A DNA stretch of 64,000 nucleotides from Alphaproteobacteria bacterium (GTDB lineage Bacteria; Pseudomonadota; Alphaproteobacteria; MPNO01), in contig CBDFLJ010000002.1 in the NCBI GenBank assembly GCA_965248835.1, positions 384,001 through 448,000 of the forward strand, read 5' to 3'. A model generated the notes under the pieces. It searched no databases. It had not been told where the DNA came from and saw nothing but the letters and a program-made list of their open reading frames with translations. Shown here piece by piece: positions 56,262-64,000 of this stretch. A program made the position numbers and the translations under genes. How positions within the stretch are numbered: position 1 is the first letter of the stretch; the number at the start of each line of letters is the position of its first letter.

Positions 56262-57728
56262 ATGGCGGCGGATGGCGGCGGATACGGCGAGTTCACGGCA
56301 CCCCACGGCGATCTGCGCGAGTGGATCGACCGCGTCGAGGGGATCGGCGAGCTGATGCGCATCGACGGGGTCGACTGGAACCTCGAGATGGGTTCGGTCG
56401 CCGAGATGATCTATCACGCCAAGCCCGACAATCCGCCGGCGATCCTGTTCGAAAACATCCCGGGCTATCCGGCCGACATGAAGGTGCTGTCCGGAGCGAC
56501 CAACTCGCCCCAGCGTCTGGCGCTGACGCTCGGCCTGCCCAAGCCGCAGCACCCGCTGGACGTGGTGAAGTCTTACCGCAAGCGGCTGGAAACTTTCGAA
56601 TACATCCCGCCGCGCAACGTCAACGCAGGACCGATCCTGGAAAATGTCGACCGTGACGGCGAGGTCGACCTGTTCAAGTTCCCGGTGCCGTTCCTGCACG
56701 AACAGGACGGCGGCCGCTATTTCGGCACCGGCGATCTGGTGATCATGCGCGATCCGGAGACCGACTGGGTCAATCTCGGCACCTACCGGGTCATGGTGCA
56801 CGACAAGAACACCGTCGGGCTGTGGATCTCCCCCGGCAAGCACGGCCGCGCGATCCGTGAGAAGTACTTCAAGGACGGCAAGCCTTGCCCGGTCGCGATC
56901 AGCGTCGGGCACGACCCGATCCTGTTCCTGTCCTCCGGCAACGAGGTCGATTACGGCAAGTCGGAATACGCCCATGCCGGCGGACACCGCGGCGCGCCGA
57001 TCGACGTGACGGCCTCCGAGCTGCACGGCCTGCCGATCCCGGCCAGTGCCGAGATCGTCCTGGAAGGCGAGATCCTGCCCGACGAGAAGCGGGCGGAGGG
57101 GCCGTTCGGCGAATGGACCGGCTATTACGCCTCCAAGGTGCGCCAGGACTATGTGGTCCGGGTCAAGCGGGTCTATCACCGCGACGCGGCGATCCACACG
57201 ATGGCGCGGCCGGGCCGTCCGCCGTCGGACTACTCGCTGTCCAAATGCGTGGTCAAGGCGGCGCTGATCTGGGAGGACATCGAGCGCGCGGGACTGCGCG
57301 GGGTCCAGGGGGTGTGGTGCATGGAGCCCGGCGGCGGGCGGATGTTCAACGTCGTCTCGATCAAGCAGGAATTCGCCGGCCACGCCAAGCAGGCGCTGCT
57401 GCTCACCGCCGGCGCGCATGCGGCGAACTATCTCGGCCGGTTCGTGGTCGTGGTCGATGAGGATATCGACCCCTCCAATATCCACGACGTGACTTGGGCA
57501 ATGGCTTCGCGGTGCGATCCCGACCAGGACATCGACATCATTCGCAACGCCTGGTCCGGGCCGCTCGACCCGCGCAAGAAGGTCGGCGACAACTTCAACT
57601 CGCGCGCCCTGGTCGATGCCTGCAGACCCTATGACTGGATCGAGGAGTTCCCGCCGGTGGCCGAGGCGAGCCCGGAGGAGCGGGCGCGCACGCGCAAGAA
57701 GTTCGGGCACCTGCTCGAGCAGCTGTAG
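56262..57728 (+). CDS. UbiD family (prFMN-dependent) (de)carboxylase
   Basis: DLREWI, DGGRY.GT, NLGTYRVM, AEIVLEG, EGPFGEWTGYY, VVVDEDIDP, WAMASR.DP. Confidence 0.9.
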   Translation: MAADGGGYGEFTAPHGDLREWIDRVEGIGELMRIDGVDWNLEMGSVAEMIYHAKPDNPPAILFENIPGYPADMKVLSGATNSPQRLALTLGLPKPQHPLDVVKSYRKRLETFEYIPPRNVNAGPILENVDRDGEVDLFKFPVPFLHEQDGGRYFGTGDLVIMRDPETDWVNLGTYRVMVHDKNTVGLWISPGKHGRAIREKYFKDGKPCPVAISVGHDPILFLSSGNEVDYGKSEYAHAGGHRGAPIDVTASELHGLPIPASAEIVLEGEILPDEKRAEGPFGEWTGYYASKVRQDYVVRVKRVYHRDAAIHTMARPGRPPSDYSLSKCVVKAALIWEDIERAGLRGVQGVWCMEPGGGRMFNVVSIKQEFAGHAKQALLLTAGAHAANYLGRFVVVVDEDIDPSNIHDVTWAMASRCDPDQDIDIIRNAWSGPLDPRKKVGDNFNSRALVDACRPYDWIEEFPPVAEASPEERARTRKKFGHLLEQL

Positions 57729-57757
57729 CGTGTAATCCGTCCAGGAGGAAGAACGGC

Positions 57758-58588
57758 ATGACCGGGACTGCGATCGAGCATGTGGGGGTCATCGGCCTCG
57801 GCAAGATGGGCGGCGCGTTGGCCCGCCACCTCGCGGCCGCGGGGTTCGCGGCGCACGGCTATGACGTCCGCATCGAGGCGATCGAGGCCGCGCGGGAGCA
57901 CGGCGTGGCCGCAGCGGAGTCACCGGCGGCGCTGGCCGAGGCCTGCGATCTGGTGATTGTCGCCGTCGGCTTCGATTCCGAGCTCGATACGGCACTGTTC
58001 GGCGACCGCGGCGTAATGTCCGCCCCGAAACCCGGCTTGGTGATCGCGGTCGCATCGACGGTTGCGCCGGCCAGCATGCTCAAGATCGCGACCCGCATCG
58101 CGGGCTCGGGCGTCGGCGTGCTCGATATCCCGATGGCGCGCGGCGAACAGGCCGCGGTCGACGGCAACCTCCTGATCTTCGGCGGCGGCGATCGGGAGAC
58201 CTTCGATGCCTGCCTGCCGGCGTTTTCGACCTTCTCCGATGCGATCCACTATCTGGGTCCGGTTGGCGCCGGCCAGGTCGGCAAGCTGGTCAACAACCTG
58301 GTGCTCTGGGCGTGCATTTCGGCCAACCACGAAGGCTTCAAGCTCGCAGAGGCCCTGGGCGTCGCGCCCGGCCCGCTGCGCGCGGCGCTGCTTCAATCCA
58401 GCGCGCAGAACTGGGCGCTCGAGACCGATGCCGTCAACCGCCCGATGCCGTGGGCTGAAAAGGACATGACCATCGTCCTGAAAGAAGCCGACATCGCCCG
58501 CCTCGCGCTGCCGCTCTGCGGTACCGTCAAAGAGGTCGTCAAAGGCGTCAAGATCGCGCACGGCCAAGCGATGCCCGAGGAGCGTTGA
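57758..58588 (+). CDS. Beta-hydroxyacid dehydrogenase family (3-hydroxyisobutyrate dehydrogenase-like)
   Basis: IGLGKMG, STV, GAGQVGKLVNN (catalytic Lys), KDM. Confidence 0.88.
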   Translation: MTGTAIEHVGVIGLGKMGGALARHLAAAGFAAHGYDVRIEAIEAAREHGVAAAESPAALAEACDLVIVAVGFDSELDTALFGDRGVMSAPKPGLVIAVASTVAPASMLKIATRIAGSGVGVLDIPMARGEQAAVDGNLLIFGGGDRETFDACLPAFSTFSDAIHYLGPVGAGQVGKLVNNLVLWACISANHEGFKLAEALGVAPGPLRAALLQSSAQNWALETDAVNRPMPWAEKDMTIVLKEADIARLALPLCGTVKEVVKGVKIAHGQAMPEER

Positions 58589-58702
58589 GTCTCTGGTTCG
58601 AAAAGAGTTGAGTGGCTTCTCGGCCGCCTGTCGTGCACGGAAGCCGAAAATCTCTACGGACTCCGAGCGTGTTTGTGCGTTTGTCGGCGGTGGCGCGGGG
58701 TC

Positions 58703-60280
58703 TTACTCGGCCGCGGCCGCCGTTCCGGCGGCCGCCGGCTGGCGGGCGGCGGCAAGGGCAACATCGAGCGCCTCGCCCTCCGGGTCGGTGAGGGCGGCCG
58801 TGCGTGCGGCGTTGAGCGCGGCGACCGCGGGGGCCGCATCGCCGTTTGCCTCGGCCGCCGGCAGGGCAAGCTCCGAAAACACCTTGCGGTAGTTGGCGAT
58901 GCCGCGCCGGTGGGTGTCGGAATAGCCCTTGCGCAGGTTGGGCAGCTCGGCGATCTCGAGCGCGAGGTCGTAGCTACGCCCCGCCGCGCCCTCGAGCGCG
59001 TCGATCCAGGTGGCGATCTCGGCCCACTCCTGGGCGTAGCGGTAAGTGCGCGGGCGCCAGAAACGCATTTTCGCCAACGCCCGAAGCCGCGCGTAGCCGA
59101 AGACCGTGTTGGTCTTGACCCGCATCGCGACGTGGAACTTCCGCCGCGACGGCTTGGCATCGGCGAAGCGGGTCAGCGCCCGACCAAGGGAGGGCGGCAG
59201 GACCGAGGCGATCTCCTCGAAGCCGGGTTTGAGGAACTCGGTGACCACCAGCGGCTCGTCGGCCTTGGCGCCGACCTCGCGGCGCACCCGCGCCATCCGT
59301 TCGGGCCGGCTCTTGAGGTCGGCGACCCGGATGATGTCCTCATAGGTCATCCACAGCGCCAGATAACGGCCGCCTTCGACGGTGAGCGCGAAACCCCGGT
59401 CAGCGCCGCCATTGGCCTTGTCGGCCGCGAGGATCCGGGCGGCGTTGTCGAGATAGCGCCTTGCGTAGGCGAGGCTCTGGAAATCGACCGCCCGGCGCAC
59501 GCCGTCCTGCAGCACCTGGTGGGTGTCGGCGGGAAAGCTGCCGGCCACCTCGGCCAGCAGCGACTCCAGGTCGGCTGCCGGACCGCCGCTTGCGGCGGCC
59601 TCCGTCTGGTCCGCCATGGTGATGTCGCCGCGGATGAACCCGAGCCCGGCCTTGAAGCCGCGCAGGTTGCTCGCCACCGCGACCCCCGAAATCTCGATCG
59701 CTTTCTCGTAGGCCTCGACCGGGATCGGCGCCGCGCCCGAACCCGCGATCACCCCGAGCATGACCGCGTTGATCACCGAGCCGTGCGCCTGGGCAAGCCG
59801 CTCCATGTCGAACAGGATCGCGCGCTTGGCGAGGCTGTCGACCGCCTTGAGCAGGTCGGCGGCCTCGAAGCGGCCATCGCTCATGGCGGACTTCTCGAGG
59901 ATCGAATAGACCCGGTGGGCCGAGGTGACCAGGGTCGTGCGGCCGGGCGTCACCCAGCCGAGCTCGAGCGCCCGGCCGGCCTCCATCAACTCGGAGGTGA
60001 CCACGACATCCATGTTGCCGGGCGTGGCGTAAAGCGCCATCACCGGCGAGCGGCCGCCGAGCGTGTCGTGATGGACCGGATAGATCTCGATGTAATAGGT
60101 CGTCGCGCCGGTGCGCTGGGCAACGCCCGGGATCGAGGTGGACTGCACCGGGAAGCCCAGCGATTCTGCCGCGGCCACGATCCAGCCCGAGAGCACTCCG
60201 CCGCCCTCGCCGCCGAGCGCACCGATGACCATGGTGAAGGTGCGCTCGGGCAGTCCTCCGGCCCCGTTGTCCGTGCTCAT
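58703..60280 (-). CDS. iorB: Indolepyruvate:ferredoxin oxidoreductase beta subunit with C-terminal extension
   Basis: GALGGEGGGVL, TSIPGVAQRTGATTYY, LALWMTYEDIIRVADLK, KGYSDT; ATGA overlap with iorA. Confidence 0.88.
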   Translation of the reverse strand: MSTDNGAGGLPERTFTMVIGALGGEGGGVLSGWIVAAAESLGFPVQSTSIPGVAQRTGATTYYIEIYPVHHDTLGGRSPVMALYATPGNMDVVVTSELMEAGRALELGWVTPGRTTLVTSAHRVYSILEKSAMSDGRFEAADLLKAVDSLAKRAILFDMERLAQAHGSVINAVMLGVIAGSGAAPIPVEAYEKAIEISGVAVASNLRGFKAGLGFIRGDITMADQTEAAASGGPAADLESLLAEVAGSFPADTHQVLQDGVRRAVDFQSLAYARRYLDNAARILAADKANGGADRGFALTVEGGRYLALWMTYEDIIRVADLKSRPERMARVRREVGAKADEPLVVTEFLKPGFEEIASVLPPSLGRALTRFADAKPSRRKFHVAMRVKTNTVFGYARLRALAKMRFWRPRTYRYAQEWAEIATWIDALEGAAGRSYDLALEIAELPNLRKGYSDTHRRGIANYRKVFSELALPAAEANGDAAPAVAALNAARTAALTDPEGEALDVALAAARQPAAAGTAAAAE

Positions 60281-62466
60281 GACGCGGCTCCGGCGCCGTT
60301 CACGCCGGCGCCGTTGACCGGCACGCCGTTCCGCGCGCCTGCCATCGCGCCGATGAAGCGCCTGCGCGAGCGGTCGAGGAAGCGGTCGATCCGCGAGGGG
60401 TTCTGGACGATGTCGGCCTTGTAGAAGGACGGGCACAGCACCGCGGCATCGGCCACTTCGCCGCACAGCCCGCAACCGACGCAGCTGTTGTTGACATGGG
60501 CGATCGGGTCCTTGCGCAGCGGGTCGGGGTTGGGCTTGATCGTCAGCGACGGGCAGCCCGACAGGCGGATGCAGGAGTGATCGCCGGTGCAGGTGTCCTC
60601 GTCGACGCCGAAGCGGGTACGCACCACCCGTTTGCCGGCGTCGAGCGCCTTCCTGACAAGCGGGCGCAAACGCCGCTGCTTGGCGATCTGGCACTCGGCC
60701 TCGGCGATGATGACCTTGAGGCCCTTCTCCTTGGTGGTCAGCGCCTCGTGCAGCAGCTTTTTCATCTTGCCGACCTTGTAGGTGTACTGTTTGCGCACCC
60801 AGGTCACGCCGAGCCCGCGGATGGCGCGCTCGATCGGCATCACGGTGTCGGCCCCGACGGTGCCGCCGGCCGTGGTCGAGGGCAGGTGCTGCTGGCCGGT
60901 GGCGGACGAATAGCCGTTGGCCATGATGATCAGCACCGAATCGTGCTTGTTGTAGGCCGCTCCGCCGATGCCGGTGGCGAGCCCGTTATGCCAGAACCCG
61001 CCGTCGCCCATGATCGAGACCGTGCGCTTTTCGAACTGCGGTGCGACGCCGGCCGATGACGCCAGCCCCAGCCCGTATCCGGTCACCGTGTTGCCCAACC
61101 CGAAAGGCGGCAGGGCCGCGAAGGTGTGGCAGCCGATGTCGGCGGAGATGTGGAACTCGCCCACGTCTTCTTCGCGCTGGACCAGCTTGATGGCGCTGAA
61201 CACCGGGCGTTCGGGGCAGCCGGTGCAGAACCCCGGCGGCCGCTTGGGGATCGGCGCGCCGAGCAGTTCGGCCGCCATCTCCTTGGTCCGGTCCAGGTCG
61301 GCGACCGCCGACGAGACCGGCGCCAGGTCGAGCCCGCGCGGCACCGAGCCTTCCATGAACCCGGCGAGCCCGCGCAGCATCACTTCGGCCTGGTACTCGC
61401 CCGCCTTGGGGAGGAGGCCCTTGCCATGGATCTCGGTGTTCAGGTCGGCCTTGCGCAGGAGCGCGTTGATCGCCTGCTCCAGGTAGTCCGGGAAACCCTC
61501 CTCGACGATCAGCACCGCGCGCTTGCCCGCGCAGAAGGCGGCGATCTCGTCATCGACCAGCGGATAGGTGACGTTGAGGCACAGGATCGGCACCTTGGCC
61601 TCGCCGAAGACATCGGCCATGCCGAGCTGCTGCAGGCCGCGGATGACCGAGTTGAACAGCCCGCCCTGGCAAATGATGCCGACATCGTCGAGCGGGCCGT
61701 CGAAGACCTCGTTCAGCTTGTGTTCGCGGATGAACGCGATCGCTGCAGGGAAGCGCTCGTCGATCTTCTGTTTTTCCTGAATATAGGTGGCCGGCGGCAG
61801 CGCGATCCGGTCGAGGTTGAAATCCGGTTTGGGCAACGGCCGGTTGGTCGAATACGTGCCCTGCTTGTTGTCCCTGGTGGCGAACCGGCCGGTGACGTGG
61901 CAGGCGCGGATGCGGAACTCGACCATCACCGGGGTGTGCGAGGCCTCGGAAAGCTCGAAGCCCTTTTCGATCAGGTCGACCACGCGGGGATGGCCGGGCC
62001 TCGGGTCCATCAGCCAGATCGAGCATTTCATCGCAAAGGCGTGGGTGCGCTCCTGGATGATCGAGGAGCCTTCGCCGTAGTCCTCGCCCAGAATGATCAG
62101 CGCGCCGCCGGTCACCCCGGCCGAGGCGATGTTGGACAGCGCATCGGCGGCCACGTTGGTACCGACGGTCGACTTCCATGTCACCGCGCCCCGGATCGGG
62201 TAGTTGACCGAGGCGGCCAGCATCGCGGCCGCCGCGGCCTCGTTGGCGCAGACCTCGGTATGGACGCCGAGCTCGGCCATCAGGCCCTTGGAATCCGAGG
62301 TCAGGACGTCCATCAGGTGCGAGACCGGCGCGCCCTGGTAGCCGCCGACATAGCTCACGCCGGACTGCAGCAGGGCCTTGGTGATCGCAAGGATCCCTTC
62401 GCCCTCGAAATACTCGCCTTCACCCTTTCTCAAGAGCTCGACTTCTTTCGCAAATGTCCGTTCCAT
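60277..62466 (-). CDS. iorA: Indolepyruvate:ferredoxin oxidoreductase alpha subunit (TPP, Fe-S)
   Basis: GGYQGAP, NEAAA, KSTVGTNV, FCTGCPER, DIGC, GDGGFWHNG, CTGDHSCIRLSGCP, CVGCGLC. Confidence 0.92.
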   Translation of the reverse strand: MERTFAKEVELLRKGEGEYFEGEGILAITKALLQSGVSYVGGYQGAPVSHLMDVLTSDSKGLMAELGVHTEVCANEAAAAAMLAASVNYPIRGAVTWKSTVGTNVAADALSNIASAGVTGGALIILGEDYGEGSSIIQERTHAFAMKCSIWLMDPRPGHPRVVDLIEKGFELSEASHTPVMVEFRIRACHVTGRFATRDNKQGTYSTNRPLPKPDFNLDRIALPPATYIQEKQKIDERFPAAIAFIREHKLNEVFDGPLDDVGIICQGGLFNSVIRGLQQLGMADVFGEAKVPILCLNVTYPLVDDEIAAFCAGKRAVLIVEEGFPDYLEQAINALLRKADLNTEIHGKGLLPKAGEYQAEVMLRGLAGFMEGSVPRGLDLAPVSSAVADLDRTKEMAAELLGAPIPKRPPGFCTGCPERPVFSAIKLVQREEDVGEFHISADIGCHTFAALPPFGLGNTVTGYGLGLASSAGVAPQFEKRTVSIMGDGGFWHNGLATGIGGAAYNKHDSVLIIMANGYSSATGQQHLPSTTAGGTVGADTVMPIERAIRGLGVTWVRKQYTYKVGKMKKLLHEALTTKEKGLKVIIAEAECQIAKQRRLRPLVRKALDAGKRVVRTRFGVDEDTCTGDHSCIRLSGCPSLTIKPNPDPLRKDPIAHVNNSCVGCGLCGEVADAAVLCPSFYKADIVQNPSRIDRFLDRSRRRFIGAMAGARNGVPVNGAGVNGAGAAS

Positions 62467-62521
62467 GGCGTGTCTCCGCTCGCCCGAGGTCTTCCATCCC
62501 TACAATAGCGGCATTCGCCCG

Positions 62522-64000
62522 CTAAAGCACCACCAGCGCATCGAGCGCGATCAGTCCGTCCGGATAGGCGCGGACCGGGTTGAGGTCGAGCTCGACGATC
62601 TCAGGACGCGCGGCGATCAGGGCCGCGACCGCCAGCACCGCGCCGACGATCGCCGCCCGGTCCGGCGCCGCCGCGCCGCGCCAAGGGCCGAACAGCGCCC
62701 GGCCTGCCAGGCTGCCGATCATCTCCTCGACATCATCCTCGCCGAGCGGAGCCAGACGGATGGCCGCATCGCCCATGGCCTCGGCCGCGGTGCCGCCGAG
62801 CCCGAGCAGCACCGTTGGACCGAAGCTCGGATCGTTGCGCGCCCCGATGATCAGCTCGAGGCCGGGCGGCGCCATCTCCTCGATCAGGTAGCGCTCCCCC
62901 GCGATCGCGTCGAGCGCCCGGACAAGGGCGTCTTCGGTCTCGATCCCCAAATGAACGCCGCCGGCCTCGGTCTTGTGGGTGATTCGGGGATCGAGCACCT
63001 TGGCAACCACCGGTTTCCCGAGCGCCCGGAACGCGGCCAGCGCCTCGCTGCGGCCGATGCAGGCCCGGCGCTTGGGGACCGCAATGCCGCAGCGGGCGAT
63101 CAGCGTCTTCGCGGCGTCTTCGTCGAGCGGGCCGCTGCCGGGCGGCGGGACGTCTATCCCATCGGCCGGTGCCGGCCTCGCGCGGGCACGCGCGCGGGCA
63201 TCCTCGGCCACGGCGCGCATCGCCCGTGCGGCGCGGTCCGGTGCCGCCAGCGCCGGGATCCCCGCCGCGCGCAGCCCGCCGATAACCGCGGCGATCCGCT
63301 CGGGAACCCCGCTGGTGCCAAAGACCATGGGCCGGGCGCGGTCTTTGCGCGCCGCGGTAAAGGCCGAAACCGGATCGAGCGTCGCATCCTCGATCAGCGC
63401 GTAGCACAGCACCGCATCGATTGCCGGATCTCCGGCAACCAGCCGAAGCACCTCGCCGAAGCCCTCGCCCGGCCGGCCGGTGTCGACGGGGTTGCCCATA
63501 TAGGTCAGCGGCGGCAGGTGGGCCGCGATTCGCTTGACCGTTGCCGTCGCCAGGTCCGGGATGCGCAGACCGGCGGCATTCAGCGTGTCTGTCATCAACA
63601 GGCCCGGCCCGGCCTGCGCGGTCAGGATGCCGATCCCCGGGTCGCGGTCGGGCGCGAGCCGTACCAGCGACAGGGCGTGCGCGGCATCGAGAGCATCGGC
63701 AAGCCCGTCGACCACCACCGCGCCGGCCTGGACAAGCGCCGAGCGTGTGAGCGCGTGGCTGCCCATAAGGGTGCCGGTATGGGATCGGGCGAACCGGCCG
63801 AGATCGGTCTTGCCGACCGGCAGGGCGATCACCGGCTTGACGGCGGTGGCCGCCGCGACCGCCTCGAACAACGCCCTGCCGTCGGCGACGCCTTCGAGGT
63901 GGAGGACGATCGCCCGCGTCTGGGAATCCTCCGCCAGGTAGCCGATCGCCTCGGCCGCGCCCACGTCGGCCGCGTTGCCCAATCCCGCGGCCAGGCTGAT
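62522..64000 (-). CDS. ADP-forming acyl-CoA synthetase (acetate-CoA ligase family, fused alpha+beta), 5' partial
   Basis: GNAADV, HLEG, SHTG phospho-His motif, NPVD, HKTEAGGV, ELIIG..DPSFGP, ELDLNP; the ORF runs off the window edge. Confidence 0.88.
   Translation of the reverse strand: MSLAAGLGNAADVGAAEAIGYLAEDSQTRAIVLHLEGVADGRALFEAVAAATAVKPVIALPVGKTDLGRFARSHTGTLMGSHALTRSALVQAGAVVVDGLADALDAAHALSLVRLAPDRDPGIGILTAQAGPGLLMTDTLNAAGLRIPDLATATVKRIAAHLPPLTYMGNPVDTGRPGEGFGEVLRLVAGDPAIDAVLCYALIEDATLDPVSAFTAARKDRARPMVFGTSGVPERIAAVIGGLRAAGIPALAAPDRAARAMRAVAEDARARARARPAPADGIDVPPPGSGPLDEDAAKTLIARCGIAVPKRRACIGRSEALAAFRALGKPVVAKVLDPRITHKTEAGGVHLGIETEDALVRALDAIAGERYLIEEMAPPGLELIIGARNDPSFGPTVLLGLGGTAAEAMGDAAIRLAPLGEDDVEEMIGSLAGRALFGPWRGAAAPDRAAIVGAVLAVAALIAARPEIVELDLNPVRAYPDGLIALDALVVL

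Noticed and set aside
58589-58702. Lower-GC intergenic stretch as an sRNA or IS remnant
   Set aside because: Only a weak GGCTTC...GAAGCC stem; no terminal repeats or recognisable RNA motif
1-64000. CRISPR array, rRNA, transposase, prophage or defence genes
   Set aside because: No regularly spaced repeats or corresponding protein motifs seen; nearly all sequence is explained by metabolic CDSs

Overview
GC-rich window, probably from an alphaproteobacterium (ATP12-acyP-lipB-tRNA-Leu(GAG)-mgtE core block), densely packed with aromatic-catabolism genes for both oxic and anoxic conditions. The stand-out is an operon joining the anaerobic 4-hydroxybenzoyl-CoA reductase (hcrCAB) to an alpha/beta hydrolase and a clear 4-chlorobenzoyl-CoA dehalogenase (fcbB). 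Facing it across a divergent promoter are a MarR regulator, a 4-hydroxybenzoyl-CoA thioesterase, a DMT transporter and a collapsed TRAP dctQ/dctM remnant. Together these suggest an oxygen-independent route from 4-halobenzoyl-CoA to benzoyl-CoA. Other modules: a caiB-SDR-padB-padCD(fused)-hydantoinase A/B run; a scrambled salicylate/anthranilate-type Rieske oxygenase with a gentisate-type cupin; a lower meta-cleavage operon preceded by an acetylene-hydratase-like molybdoenzyme and a RidA protein; otsB-GH15-otsA-glk; an itaconate-degradation-like trio; a UbiD decarboxylase; and iorAB with an ADP-forming acyl-CoA ligase. I saw no CRISPR array, integrase or transposase. All family calls come from motif recognition and recalled reference sequences, not from database searches.
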